Source: Escherichia coli | GTDB lineage: Bacteria; Pseudomonadota; Gammaproteobacteria; Enterobacterales; Enterobacteriaceae | Direction: 5' to 3' (one strand) | DNA length: 64,000 nucleotides | Assembly (NCBI RefSeq): GCF_001677475.2 | Contig: NZ_CP015229.1 | In this document: positions 8,372-19,400 of the stretch, piece by piece | Layout: each line of letters begins with the position of its first letter | How positions within the stretch are numbered: position 1 is the stretch's first letter | Translations under genes and position numbers: made by a program | The notes under the pieces: generated by a model | Databases searched by the model: none | What the model was told of the DNA's origin: nothing | The model's input: the letters and a program-made list of their open reading frames with translations, nothing else

Positions 8372-10852
8372 TTACTGGCAAATATAATTTCTACTTTCAT
8401 CAATCTCTTTACCGAAGGTGATTGTGCATGAAAGTCCTTGTTGCTTATCAATTGCTACATTAACCGATGGCGGTACTTCATTGGTGCGAATAAATAACTG
8501 GCTTCCCTGGCCGACAACGCCAATATTATGACCATGGATATCATTGACTTCATAACCAAACGTTAATGGTTGACCATCCGCTCTTAACGCTTTTATAAAC
8601 CAGGGCTTGCGCTGATCGGTATCAAAATTAACCAGTACAACCGCGCCGCGAAAAGGGGCGGCAATTTTCCGGTTGCCACGTAATTCTGCTTCGCTATCGC
8701 TTTGCGACACATCCAGCATCAGGTGATTTTCCCGATAAGGTGTCATTCCGTCGTATACCACCACTCCATTATGGTTTGTTGTGCGATATTTTTGCCCATT
8801 GACATAAGCATCTTTAATTCCTGGCGCATTCATCACAGCAAACGTTTCGGAAAGACGGTTCGCCAGATTAACGCCACCCGACCAGGCGACAATGCCCCCT
8901 GAAACACTGGCTCCAGCCTGTCGATAAGTACTCGACTGACTATAACTGCCATTCACCGTTGCCACCGGCGCGTTCCAGGTTAAATTCGCTCCAGCTGTCG
9001 TTTCATTTCCCTGATGCTGATGACTCAGGTTGACCCCATAGTTAAATTGATCCCGGCTTCCAACGGTTCCCGATAATCCCGTATTATTTGAGGCAAAACC
9101 CTGATCATCAAACGTCGTTGAGTTAGACATATATATTTGCCGACGAGGCGTCGTAACGTCATCACCCCAATCAAAGGGAATCGATATAAAAATATTAAAA
9201 CGTTTCTCTTCATGATGATTCTCGTCATAAGCCTGGCTTGCCGCGAGGGTATAGCTTATCCGTCGCAGGTTGTTGGAATAACTCAACTGATAATCCTTAC
9301 TGCTGCCGCTACGCCCCCAGTAATCTCGCCATAACGTACTTAAGGACACAGAACCCCAGCCTTCTGGCAATGACTGGCTCATATTGGCAGAAAAGCTATT
9401 TTTACGGCCAAAATCGTTCTGGTAATAATCGGCAATGTCATAGATATCGTTTTCATCACGGCGATAATTATCTTTATTGTTTGCCCAAACGTGATCGTTA
9501 AATGTCCGGTAATCACGCGACGAATAACGCCAGGCCGCCAGACCAAAACGCGTCGACGTTTGGCTCACAAATTTGTTGTAGGCAATTTGATAACTTTGCC
9601 CGTCAAACACATCGCCGTTGTCTTGTTTACTATGCGACTTCGTGGCATCGACGGAAATGGCACCAATGCGTGTATTCCAGCCAGTCCCCAAAGTGAACGC
9701 GTAATAATTATTCGCGACCATCGATCCGCCATACAGCGTCAATAAGTTATTAAAACCATACTGATAACCCGCCTGGACAAAATCACTTTGTTTGCTCGCC
9801 CCTTCAATATGGCTACGACCCGCCGCAAAATCATATTTCGACACGCCAGGTTGCAGCATATTCGGCACCGCTGAATAAGGCACCAGATAGGTGGTTACCG
9901 AACCGTCCGCCTCTTTCACGCTGACATCAAGATCTGCTCCACCACCGGCCAACTGCAAATCTGTAATCGCAAACGGGCCAGGAGGAACCTCTTTCTGATA
10001 AACGACAAAACCATTCTGTTCAATAGTTACCAACGCGTTACTCTGAGCAATCCCCTGCACCCGTGGCGTAAAATTTTGTTTCGAGTTAGGCAACATCTGC
10101 ATATCACGAAACAACCGCACACCTCTGAAGCGAACAGAATCAAAAATATCGCTTGATGTATACATATCACCCACGCGAAGCGTGCCGAGAAGTTGGACAA
10201 ATCCACGTTCCAGATACAGGGTATTGCTTTTCCACACCCCTGGATTGTTATTTGTTTTACTGAAACTTGCATCAGAATGCAGTTGCCACCCCAGTAAATT
10301 TAACCCGCTGTTAAAACGTACATATGTACTCTTACTGTTACCCGACGCTTTATAGTCACTGTAATACTGACTCACATAATAAGAGGTATAAACCGCATTA
10401 ATACCCCGCTCCCAGTTTTCCGGTGGAACATAGCCACTTTCCAGTTCTTCCACCCAGGCCTGCGGGACACTGAAATCGAGACGAAAAACCCCGATATCCC
10501 AGGTATAGCTCCCACCCTGAACAAGTTGCTCAAATGTTAAACATTGCTTACCGCTGGCGAAGTTATCGCTATTAATGCCTAACCGCTTGATAACTTCTCT
10601 TGATAAACATGTTTCTTGCGGGTTGTCTTTAACAATAATCTCATATTTCCCGCGCCATTGCTTATTGACATAAATATCGATGTCATACTGCCCCGGCAAG
10701 GGTTGATTATCATCAAGACGAATATTTGCAACCTGCTGGTCTTTCATTCCACCTATCATAAAATGGGTATCAAAGGTTTCTTCAGCTGCATAAGCTTCAA
10801 TGCCGAGCAATAACGCTACGATTGCTGATGCAAGTGGGGTCATTCTCAACAT
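8372..10852 (-). CDS. yehB: fimbrial outer-membrane usher
   Basis: ~826-aa usher-family protein (start at Met 10852; ORF extends to 10867). Confidence 0.9.
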   Translation of the reverse strand: MLRMTPLASAIVALLLGIEAYAAEETFDTHFMIGGMKDQQVANIRLDDNQPLPGQYDIDIYVNKQWRGKYEIIVKDNPQETCLSREVIKRLGINSDNFASGKQCLTFEQLVQGGSYTWDIGVFRLDFSVPQAWVEELESGYVPPENWERGINAVYTSYYVSQYYSDYKASGNSKSTYVRFNSGLNLLGWQLHSDASFSKTNNNPGVWKSNTLYLERGFVQLLGTLRVGDMYTSSDIFDSVRFRGVRLFRDMQMLPNSKQNFTPRVQGIAQSNALVTIEQNGFVVYQKEVPPGPFAITDLQLAGGGADLDVSVKEADGSVTTYLVPYSAVPNMLQPGVSKYDFAAGRSHIEGASKQSDFVQAGYQYGFNNLLTLYGGSMVANNYYAFTLGTGWNTRIGAISVDATKSHSKQDNGDVFDGQSYQIAYNKFVSQTSTRFGLAAWRYSSRDYRTFNDHVWANNKDNYRRDENDIYDIADYYQNDFGRKNSFSANMSQSLPEGWGSVSLSTLWRDYWGRSGSSKDYQLSYSNNLRRISYTLAASQAYDENHHEEKRFNIFISIPFDWGDDVTTPRRQIYMSNSTTFDDQGFASNNTGLSGTVGSRDQFNYGVNLSHQHQGNETTAGANLTWNAPVATVNGSYSQSSTYRQAGASVSGGIVAWSGGVNLANRLSETFAVMNAPGIKDAYVNGQKYRTTNHNGVVVYDGMTPYRENHLMLDVSQSDSEAELRGNRKIAAPFRGAVVLVNFDTDQRKPWFIKALRADGQPLTFGYEVNDIHGHNIGVVGQGSQLFIRTNEVPPSVNVAIDKQQGLSCTITFGKEIDESRNYICQ

Positions 10853-10867
10853 AGGCAGCTCCTGCAA

Positions 10868-11542
10868 TTAAATTTTGTCACTAATATAGTTGCCGTGGTC
10901 ATCGATAATGGTCAGATACCAGTTATTTGCATTATTACTTTTGACATTAACACTCTGACTTTCTAAGGGGGCAATCATAATAGTTTCATAATTGACTTTG
11001 ATATTATTCGCTTTTACATCGGAAATCGTCACCCAGTTCGGCGAATCATTTTTTATCACCAGCCCATTGCCGCTACGATTTACCAGCAATTTCTTAAACG
11101 TTGCTTTATTAACCGGAGCAATACCCGCCGGTCGGTAAAACAATTTGATTCTGTTTTGCATCGCAAACTTCAGTGCATTCTTGCCTTCTTGTTCTGGACT
11201 ATTTGGTGGAATATCCAGAACATTAAGATAAAAAATGCTCTCTTTATTACTGGGCAACTTATTCGGCATGATTTTAATTTTTACTTGCTGTCCGGAGTTA
11301 GCCCCTATTTTTGCCACTGGTGGCGTTAGCATGAAAGGAACCTGAATCTTTTCCGGCGGCAGTGATGTGTCGCCATCATCAATCCACGCCTGAAGTAATG
11401 AAGATCGGTTTCCCTGATTCATCAACTGCACCATAACTTCTTTATTTTCTGCCGGGTAAATAATGCGCGTCCCGTAGATAACAATTCCGGCATGTGCAGG
11501 AAGGACTATAGAAAAAATGAGTAAAGATAATAATCCTTTCAT
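10868..11542 (-). CDS. yehC: periplasmic fimbrial chaperone (PapD-like)
   Basis: 224-aa ORF with signal peptide, chaperone family; directly upstream of usher. Confidence 0.85.
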   Translation of the reverse strand: MKGLLSLLIFSIVLPAHAGIVIYGTRIIYPAENKEVMVQLMNQGNRSSLLQAWIDDGDTSLPPEKIQVPFMLTPPVAKIGANSGQQVKIKIMPNKLPSNKESIFYLNVLDIPPNSPEQEGKNALKFAMQNRIKLFYRPAGIAPVNKATFKKLLVNRSGNGLVIKNDSPNWVTISDVKANNIKVNYETIMIAPLESQSVNVKSNNANNWYLTIIDDHGNYISDKI

Positions 11543-11622
11543 CTTAATGCCTCTTAAATTAAAAAGCCGCCATGGGGATAGCGGCCATGTTTATTACCTG
11601 GAGAAACTTGCAATTTTATTTA

Positions 11623-12165
11623 TTAATCCTGCGCCACACGCATAACCAGAGAAGATAACACATCACCTGATTGCACTGAGTTATCTGTCAGTTTCAGGTA
11701 TTTTGCTTTAAACGGAATAGCATATTGACCTTCCGCTGTTTTATAACTCTCAATGTTAAAAGGTGCAGAAACATCCAGGACATCGCTGTTATCACCTAAA
11801 TAGAGATAGTACCCCACGGTATCGTTGCTACTGGCTATCGCCTTATCGTTTCCGGTTATTTTATCGTTGGTAATCAACGAGAGTTTCACACCAGCAACTT
11901 CTTTCGGACAGCTAATTTTTAACATGCTGCTGGTTACACCGACTGCATCATCATAGGTCGAGTATTTAGCTTTACCTTCAAAGACAGTGGTTGGTACAGT
12001 TGGCATATTAATACTTACTGAATCACCACCCGCTTCGAATTTACACGGAGATTCTGCAATATTCCCTTTAATAGTTAATGTTCCGGTATCAACGTCTGCA
12101 GCAAATACTCCAGCGCTCATAAAAAAAGAAGAAAAGACAGCGGCAGCAATAATTGAACGTTTCAT
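11623..12165 (-). CDS. yehD: fimbrial major subunit-like protein
   Basis: 180-aa ORF with signal peptide and fimbrial subunit character. Confidence 0.85.
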   Translation of the reverse strand: MKRSIIAAAVFSSFFMSAGVFAADVDTGTLTIKGNIAESPCKFEAGGDSVSINMPTVPTTVFEGKAKYSTYDDAVGVTSSMLKISCPKEVAGVKLSLITNDKITGNDKAIASSNDTVGYYLYLGDNSDVLDVSAPFNIESYKTAEGQYAIPFKAKYLKLTDNSVQSGDVLSSLVMRVAQD

Positions 12166-12395
12166 AATATGTTCCTTAATAAAATTTATTTTTGGTTGTT
12201 AAGAGTCTGTATCTCTTGGAAACAAATTTCTCACATCAAAAAAGTTGCCGCAATGTAAACATATTGTTTTATTGATTTAAAACAAATTAACCATTGCAAT
12301 ATAAATACAACAAATACTTAAGAGTATTAAATATTTATCGCATCTATTAATTAATGTAGATTTATGTAAATGGTATTGTTGATATCAATAAAAAA

Positions 12396-12428
12396 AGCCG
12401 AAATCATTTATATAAATGATTTCGGCTT
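12396..12428 (-). terminator. intrinsic terminator downstream of yehE
   Basis: Inverted repeat AGCCGAAATCATTTA/TAAATGATTTCGGCT followed on minus strand by a T7 run. Confidence 0.7.
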
Positions 12429-12458
12429 TCTAAATGCAATTAAAACCAGGGTGGCAAA

Positions 12459-12740
12459 TTAATCGTAGCGATTTAACACGATTCGACGTTTGCTATCGCT
12501 ACCTGCAACAACCACTTCTGTCGTCACACCTTTGACTGGCGAAGAAACCTGATGACGGGTATCAACATCATACGTTAACTGACCACAATGCTGTTGAGGT
12601 TGACCATTAACCATAGCCATACTGCATGTTGGGGGACTGATCCTGCCATTAATCGTTAATGTGGCAGTCTGTGAAGAGAACGCGGGAGAAGCCATTCCAT
12701 AGGCAAGAAAAATAATTCCTGACAGCCAGTACTTATTCAT
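12459..12740 (-). CDS. yehE: small secreted protein of unknown function
   Basis: 93-aa ORF with signal peptide; recognised as YehE. Confidence 0.75.
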   Translation of the reverse strand: MNKYWLSGIIFLAYGMASPAFSSQTATLTINGRISPPTCSMAMVNGQPQQHCGQLTYDVDTRHQVSSPVKGVTTEVVVAGSDSKRRIVLNRYD

Positions 12741-12941
12741 TGAACGTTATCCCTGTAGTAAAGGTTATGCCTGGATAGAATGAGTGCATAACAAACTATA
12801 GCTGTACATCCACTACACAGCCACGAAGGATGATAATGAAGCATTGCCTGTACGATCAATCGACTTTATAGAGTTTCGGACGAAGGTCCGCAGAATATTC
12901 GCAGCATTAAATAAGTGTTCATTAATGCGGCAAAAACAAAT

Positions 12942-12972
12942 ACACCGCATCAATGTTACATCTCTGCGGTGT
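12942..12972 (-). terminator. intrinsic terminator downstream of mrp
   Basis: Stem ACACCGCA/TGCGGTGT followed on minus strand by T-rich run. Confidence 0.6.
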
Positions 12973-13002
12973 ATGAAAAACAACCAAAAAGGTTAATGCG
13001 CG

Positions 13003-14112
13003 TTAGACCGCGCGGAAGGAAATCTCGCCAGGAATGACTTCACCCTGCCAATAAAGCTGGGCAGCAACGCGGTCAGCCAGCTGGCGGTAGATAGCGGTAA
13101 ATTCGCTCTCCGGACGGCTGATAACCGTTGGCGTGCCTTTATCGAGATCTTCACGTAAGGAGATGTGTAACGGCATCTGCCCCAGCAACTGCGTGTGGTA
13201 TTTCTCGGCCAGTTTCTCTGCACCACCGGTACCGAAAATCGGTTCATGGTGACCACAGTTACTGCAAATGTGCACACTCATGTTCTCGACAATACCGAGC
13301 ACCGGAACCTCGACTTTCTCGAACATCACAATGCCTTTTTTCGCATCGATCAACGCGATGTCCTGCGGGGTGGTGACCACGACCGCACCAGTTACTGGAA
13401 TGTTTTGTGCCAGTGTCAATTGAATGTCACCGGTGCCTGGCGGCATATCAAGCACCAGATAGTCGAGATCCGGCCACAAGGTTTCCTGCAACATCTGCAT
13501 TAACGCCTTGCTCGCCATCGGACCACGCCACACCATCGCATTGTCGTCAGTGACCAGATAACCAATTGAATTGGTTGCCAGTCCATGAGACATAATCGGT
13601 GCCATATGGGTACCGTCCGGCGAAGTTGGACGCTGATTTTCTGCGCCCAGCATGGTGGGAATTGATGGGCCGTAGATATCGGCGTCCAGAATGCCGACTT
13701 TCGCCCCTTCCGCCGCCAGTGCCAGCGCCAGGTTTACCGCCGTGGAGGATTTACCCACGCCGCCTTTACCTGAGCTGACCGCAATGATGTTCTTCACGCC
13801 GTTAATTCCCGGCTGATTCTTCACGCGTTTTAAGGTGGCGATATTATGCGACAGTTTCCAGTCAATAGCTTTCGCCCCGGTGATACGCAGCAGTTCGGCG
13901 CTACATTGCTCTTTTAACTCTTCGAACGCGCTATGCCAGACGAATGGCATAACCAGTTCCACATGCAACGTGTCGTCCATCCAGGCGACATGGTGCAACG
14001 CTTTCAGCGTGGTGAGGTTATGCTTCAGGGTTGGGTGCTGAAAATTGGCCAGTGTCCCGGCGACCATTGCGCGCAAGGCTTCTGGTGATTTGGCCTGGGA
14101 TTGTTCGTTCAT
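13003..14112 (-). CDS. mrp: Fe-S cluster carrier ATPase (Mrp/ApbC/NBP35 family)
   Basis: 369-aa product from Met at 14112 (ORF extends to 14142); P-loop SGKGGVGKS and CxxC motif. Confidence 0.95.
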   Translation of the reverse strand: MNEQSQAKSPEALRAMVAGTLANFQHPTLKHNLTTLKALHHVAWMDDTLHVELVMPFVWHSAFEELKEQCSAELLRITGAKAIDWKLSHNIATLKRVKNQPGINGVKNIIAVSSGKGGVGKSSTAVNLALALAAEGAKVGILDADIYGPSIPTMLGAENQRPTSPDGTHMAPIMSHGLATNSIGYLVTDDNAMVWRGPMASKALMQMLQETLWPDLDYLVLDMPPGTGDIQLTLAQNIPVTGAVVVTTPQDIALIDAKKGIVMFEKVEVPVLGIVENMSVHICSNCGHHEPIFGTGGAEKLAEKYHTQLLGQMPLHISLREDLDKGTPTVISRPESEFTAIYRQLADRVAAQLYWQGEVIPGEISFRAV

Positions 14113-14243
14113 CCCGACTCCTTTTTTGTATAGATAAACCATCAGCTGATAGTTTACCTGAAGAATATAGAGAAGTACTTACTTAACATTTTCCCATTTG
14201 GTACTATCTAACCCCTTTTCACTATTAAGAAGTAATGCCTACT

Positions 14244-16277
14244 ATGACTCAAGTCGCGAAGAAAATTCTGGTGACGTGCGCACTGCCGTACGCTAACGGC
14301 TCAATCCACCTCGGCCATATGCTGGAGCACATCCAGGCTGATGTCTGGGTCCGTTACCAGCGAATGCGCGGCCACGAGGTCAACTTCATCTGCGCCGACG
14401 ATGCCCACGGCACACCGATCATGCTGAAAGCTCAGCAGCTTGGTATCACTCCGGAGCAGATGATTGGCGAAATGAGTCAGGAGCATCAGACTGATTTCGC
14501 AGGCTTTAACATCAGCTATGACAACTATCACTCAACGCACAGCGAAGAGAACCGCCAGTTGTCAGAACTTATTTATTCTCGCCTGAAAGAAAACGGTTTT
14601 ATTAAAAACCGCACCATCTCTCAGCTGTACGATCCGGAAAAAGGCATGTTCCTGCCGGACCGTTTTGTGAAAGGCACCTGCCCGAAATGTAAATCCCCGG
14701 ATCAATACGGCGATAACTGTGAAGTCTGCGGCGCGACCTACAGCCCGACTGAGCTGATCGAGCCTAAATCGGTGGTTTCTGGTGCTACGCCGGTAATGCG
14801 TGATTCTGAACACTTCTTCTTTGATCTGCCCTCTTTCAGCGAAATGCTGCAGGCATGGACCCGCAGCGGCGCGTTGCAGGAGCAAGTGGCAAACAAAATG
14901 CAGGAGTGGTTTGAATCTGGCCTGCAACAGTGGGATATCTCCCGCGATGCGCCGTACTTCGGTTTTGAAATTCCGAACGCACCGGGCAAATATTTCTACG
15001 TCTGGCTGGATGCGCCGATTGGCTACATGGGTTCTTTCAAGAATCTGTGCGACAAACGCGGCGACACCACCAGCTTCGATGAATACTGGAAGAAAGATTC
15101 CACCGCCGAGCTGTACCACTTCATCGGTAAAGATATCGTTTACTTCCACAGCCTGTTCTGGCCTGCCATGCTGGAAGGCAGCAACTTCCGCAAGCCGACC
15201 AACCTGTTTGTTCATGGCTATGTGACGGTGAACGGCGCGAAGATGTCCAAGTCTCGCGGCACCTTTATTAAAGCCAGCACCTGGCTGAATCATTTTGACG
15301 CTGACAGCCTGCGTTACTACTACACTGCGAAACTCTCTTCGCGCATTGATGATATCGATCTCAACCTGGAAGATTTCGTTCAGCGTGTGAATGCCGATAT
15401 CGTGAATAAAGTGGTTAACCTGGCCTCCCGTAACGCTGGCTTTATCAACAAGCGTTTTGACGGCGTGCTGGCAAGCGAACTGGCTGACCCGCAGTTGTAC
15501 AAAACCTTCACGGATGCCGCTGAAGTGATTGGTGAAGCATGGGAAAGCCGCGAATTTGGTAAAGCAGTGCGCGAAATTATGGCGCTGGCTGATCTGGCTA
15601 ACCGCTATGTCGATGAACAGGCTCCGTGGGTGGTGGCGAAACAGGAAGGCCGCGATGCCGACCTGCAGGCAATTTGTTCGATGGGCATCAACCTGTTCCG
15701 CGTGCTGATGACTTACCTGAAGCCGGTACTGCCGAAACTGACCGAGCGTGCAGAAGCATTCCTCAATACAGAACTGACCTGGCATGGTATCCAGCAACCG
15801 CTGCTGGCGCATAAAGTGAATCCGTTCAAGGCACTGTATAACCGTATCGATATGAAACAGGTGGAAGCACTGGTGGAAGCATCCAAAGAAGAAGTGAAAG
15901 CCACAGCCGCACCGGTAACTGGCCCACTGGCTGACGACCCGATTCAGGAAACCATCACCTTTGACGACTTCGCCAAAGTTGACCTGCGTGTGGCGCTGAT
16001 TGAAAACGCGGAGTTTGTTGAAGGCTCTGACAAACTGCTGCGTCTGACACTGGATCTCGGTGGTGAAAAGCGTAATGTCTTCTCAGGCATCCGTTCTGCT
16101 TATCCAGACCCACAGGCACTGATTGGTCGTCACACCATTATGGTGGCCAACCTGGCACCACGTAAAATGCGCTTCGGTATCTCCGAAGGCATGGTGATGG
16201 CTGCCGGTCCTGGCGGGAAAGATATCTTCCTGCTAAGCCCGGATGCCGGTGCTAAACCGGGTCATCAGGTGAAATAA
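14244..16277 (+). CDS. metG: methionyl-tRNA synthetase
   Basis: 677-aa product; HIGH motif (SIHLGH) and KMSKS motif present. Confidence 0.98.
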   Translation: MTQVAKKILVTCALPYANGSIHLGHMLEHIQADVWVRYQRMRGHEVNFICADDAHGTPIMLKAQQLGITPEQMIGEMSQEHQTDFAGFNISYDNYHSTHSEENRQLSELIYSRLKENGFIKNRTISQLYDPEKGMFLPDRFVKGTCPKCKSPDQYGDNCEVCGATYSPTELIEPKSVVSGATPVMRDSEHFFFDLPSFSEMLQAWTRSGALQEQVANKMQEWFESGLQQWDISRDAPYFGFEIPNAPGKYFYVWLDAPIGYMGSFKNLCDKRGDTTSFDEYWKKDSTAELYHFIGKDIVYFHSLFWPAMLEGSNFRKPTNLFVHGYVTVNGAKMSKSRGTFIKASTWLNHFDADSLRYYYTAKLSSRIDDIDLNLEDFVQRVNADIVNKVVNLASRNAGFINKRFDGVLASELADPQLYKTFTDAAEVIGEAWESREFGKAVREIMALADLANRYVDEQAPWVVAKQEGRDADLQAICSMGINLFRVLMTYLKPVLPKLTERAEAFLNTELTWHGIQQPLLAHKVNPFKALYNRIDMKQVEALVEASKEEVKATAAPVTGPLADDPIQETITFDDFAKVDLRVALIENAEFVEGSDKLLRLTLDLGGEKRNVFSGIRSAYPDPQALIGRHTIMVANLAPRKMRFGISEGMVMAAGPGGKDIFLLSPDAGAKPGHQVK

Positions 16278-16286
16278 TCTCCTTTC

Positions 16287-16316
16287 AAGGCGCTGTATCG
16301 ACAGCGCCTTTTCTTT
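16287..16316 (+). terminator. intrinsic terminator after metG
   Basis: Stem AAGGCGCTGT/ACAGCGCCTT with 4-nt loop followed by TTCTTT. Confidence 0.85.
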
Positions 16317-16417
16317 ATAAATTCCTAAAGTTGTTTTCTTGCGATTTTGTCTCTCTCTAACCCGCATAAATACTGGTAGCATCTGCATTCAACTGGATAA
16401 AATTACAGGGATGCAGA

Positions 16418-19400
16418 ATGAGACACTTTATCTTTCAGGACGAAAAATCACATAAATTCTGGGCGGTGGAGCAGCAGGGAAACGAGCTGCATATCAACTG
16501 GGGAAAAGTCGGCACCAACGGGCAAAGTCAGGTAAAAAGCTTTGCTGATGCTGCGGCGGCGGAAAAAGCGGAACTGAAGTTGATTGCGGAGAAGATTAAG
16601 AAGGGGTATGTGGATGATGGTTCGCCAGAAACCATCATAAACTCTCCGATATCAAGCACAGTTTCAGTACAAGAGTTAGCAATATCAACAGGAAACTTCA
16701 CAACGACTGAAACGGCACAGCCACAAGCGATGCCCACGTTGGAAACGCCGCCCTGGCTGAAGAACGGTGAGTCAATTGTTATTTTTGCCAATGCTGAACC
16801 CGCGCCGTTTAGCCATCGTCACTTGATTAATGATCCTCTGGACATTGTTGATAAAGATGGCTTCTTCTGGATACAACTAAAAGAGTACCCATATTGGGCA
16901 GCATTTTACCTTGCCTGTCTGCAAAAGTTCGATGTCAGCCAATGCCAGTCAGAATGGCAATTGGCGTTACAGGAAACTATTTCGCGCATCCAGAAATTAC
17001 AGCAAGACGGATCGTTGCTTTCCGACGTCATATTGACACTGACAAGATTAATTATCGGCCGCCCCGGTCGCCCTCATACATGGCTGGATAGCATAGTGCA
17101 ACTGCGAGGCCTTGAGTATGCCACTGAGTTAGTTATCGCTATGCAGCATGTACAAATGACTGACGACGCAAATACCGATCCTACAAAAAATGCCACTTTA
17201 AAACTTCATTACAATAGTCTTTTTAGTGCGCTGAGAAGAGGGGAAATGGCAGACAATTATTATCTACCTGTAGTAAGCCTTAGCCACGATATTTCCGACA
17301 TGCGCTACAAATATGGATTCAGCGACGAAATAGAGTTACGTTTACGAGAACACCTTTCGCACACAGATGAGGAAACCTGGCAACGCTGTGCTAATAAACT
17401 CATAGATGCTCTCCCTTCACTGCCTCCCCGCAAACGCCCATTAATTGCTTTTTTGCTACCAGAAAAACCAGATATTGCCAATCAGATAGCCCTGGAAATT
17501 GCCCCTATGCATGATTACCCAGAGATTGAGTGGCTTTCCCTTGTCACAACTGACCCGCAAGCAACGTGTCTGCTGAAGAATTTCCATCAACTTGAACTCA
17601 CAACGGGATGGGGAGGCGATATGACGAATCGTTGTATTAAAACCCTACTGCGTGAACAAGGTCTTAATGCCCTGTCACGTCTGCAAGAGGGAGTTAACGA
17701 TAGTTATCCTGTCAGACACGCACTTCAGGAAATTAACCATCCTGATGTCGTTACGTTGTTTATCAAAGAGGAATGTGCCATAGGTGTCGAAATTTCGGCT
17801 TCGAAGTACCCAGAATCGGCGCTTTATGCCCTTACTGCAGCTTTGCTTAGTGCTAAAAATCTGAGGTATTCTCGCCTGATGGAACGAATTGTATTAGGTA
17901 ATGCTCAAACCTTGCGTAATACAATGCCCTGGTTGAGTGAGGAACAGAAACAACTTTTATTCAGTTATTTTCCTCAACTTCATGCTAAAGAAGAGATAGC
18001 CAATGCTTGTGAGTTACCCGGTATATTAACTAATCCAATTTGGCTGAAGAAAAAGAATAAATCCGCCACGACGATATTTACATTACCCGTATTGCCTCTG
18101 GAGTCCATTGGCCCCAACCCTCAGCCACAACCCGAAGCAGAAATACCTTCTACTGCTGAAGTCTTACGCCACCTGGGATTCAGTAGTGGAGCATTTGAAG
18201 AGAATAATCCTGATCCAGAAAGATTCGATATTAAATGGGGCGTAACCAAAACGGCCATTCGTCTTCTGGAAACGGAAGATTATGAATCGTTGTTAAATAC
18301 CCGACCAAAGTATGATTATGAAGGTTTTATTACCTTTTATGTATCCATACTCACTCGTCTACCAGCAGAGAAAGCGCTCTCAATCTGGAATGGACTCTCA
18401 CACATGCACCTCGTGGGTGCTGAGAAAGTGGTTGAGCGATTTGGTCTATCTACGGTACCGGGTCTGTTGCGTTATGCCCTGGTAAACCCTAAGGAGGCGG
18501 TTCCCCTGGCAGCACAATTCGGTGCAACTGAAGTTGCCCTGCTGATGGCCCGCGCATTTTGCCAGTTAAAATCCGTACGAGATGTCGCCGAATATTGGCT
18601 CACCACCTACCCGGAACATGCCATTACCGGGCTGCTGCCTATTGCGCTGGGTAAACCAGTTAAAGAACAACAAGATGCCCGGATGACATTACGCTACCTG
18701 GTCAATAATGGTCATCTCGCGTTGCTGAAAAAAATTGCCAGCCGTTACCAACAACCTGAGGTAATAACTGCACTTACCGACTTTTTAGCAGCAGATCCGC
18801 TGGAAAACTATCCACAGAAAATCGCCAAACTCCCTGGGTGGTGTTCACCAGAAGTATGGCACCGCCCGCTTCTGCGCAGTAACGGCAAGGCACTTTCAGA
18901 TTCAGCCATCCTGCACCTGTGCACCATGCTCTCTTTTCCCCGCGAAGCCACCCTTTACCCAGGGATAACACAGGTAATCAAGGCCTGTACTCCGCAATCT
19001 CTTGCCGATTTCGCCTGGGATCTCTTCCTCAGTTGGGAATCTGCCAGTGGCTCCGCTAAAGATAACTGGGCATTTACCGCACTGGGGATTCTGGGCAACG
19101 ATGACACCGCCCGCAAACTCACCCCGCTCATCCGCGCCTGGCCGGGGGAATCTCAGCATAAACGCGCCACTGTCGGGCTGGATATTCTTGCTGCTATCGG
19201 CAGCGATATCGCCCTGATGCAGCTTAACGGCATCGCGCAAAAGCTAAAATTTAAAGCCTTGCAGGATCAGGCAAGAGTTAAAATCGCCCAGATTGCCGAA
19301 AGCCGCCAACTCACCGTCGCAGAAATGGAAGACCGGTTAGCGCCGGATCTCGGACTGGATGATAACGGCTCACTACTGCTGGATTTCGGCCCACGCCAGT

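Noticed and set aside
14562-15812. 416-aa ORF antisense to metG
   Set aside because: Lies entirely inside the strongly supported metG reading frame on the opposite strand; the translation is low-complexity with no RBS or recognisable motif. Long antisense ORFs are expected by chance in GC-balanced genes.
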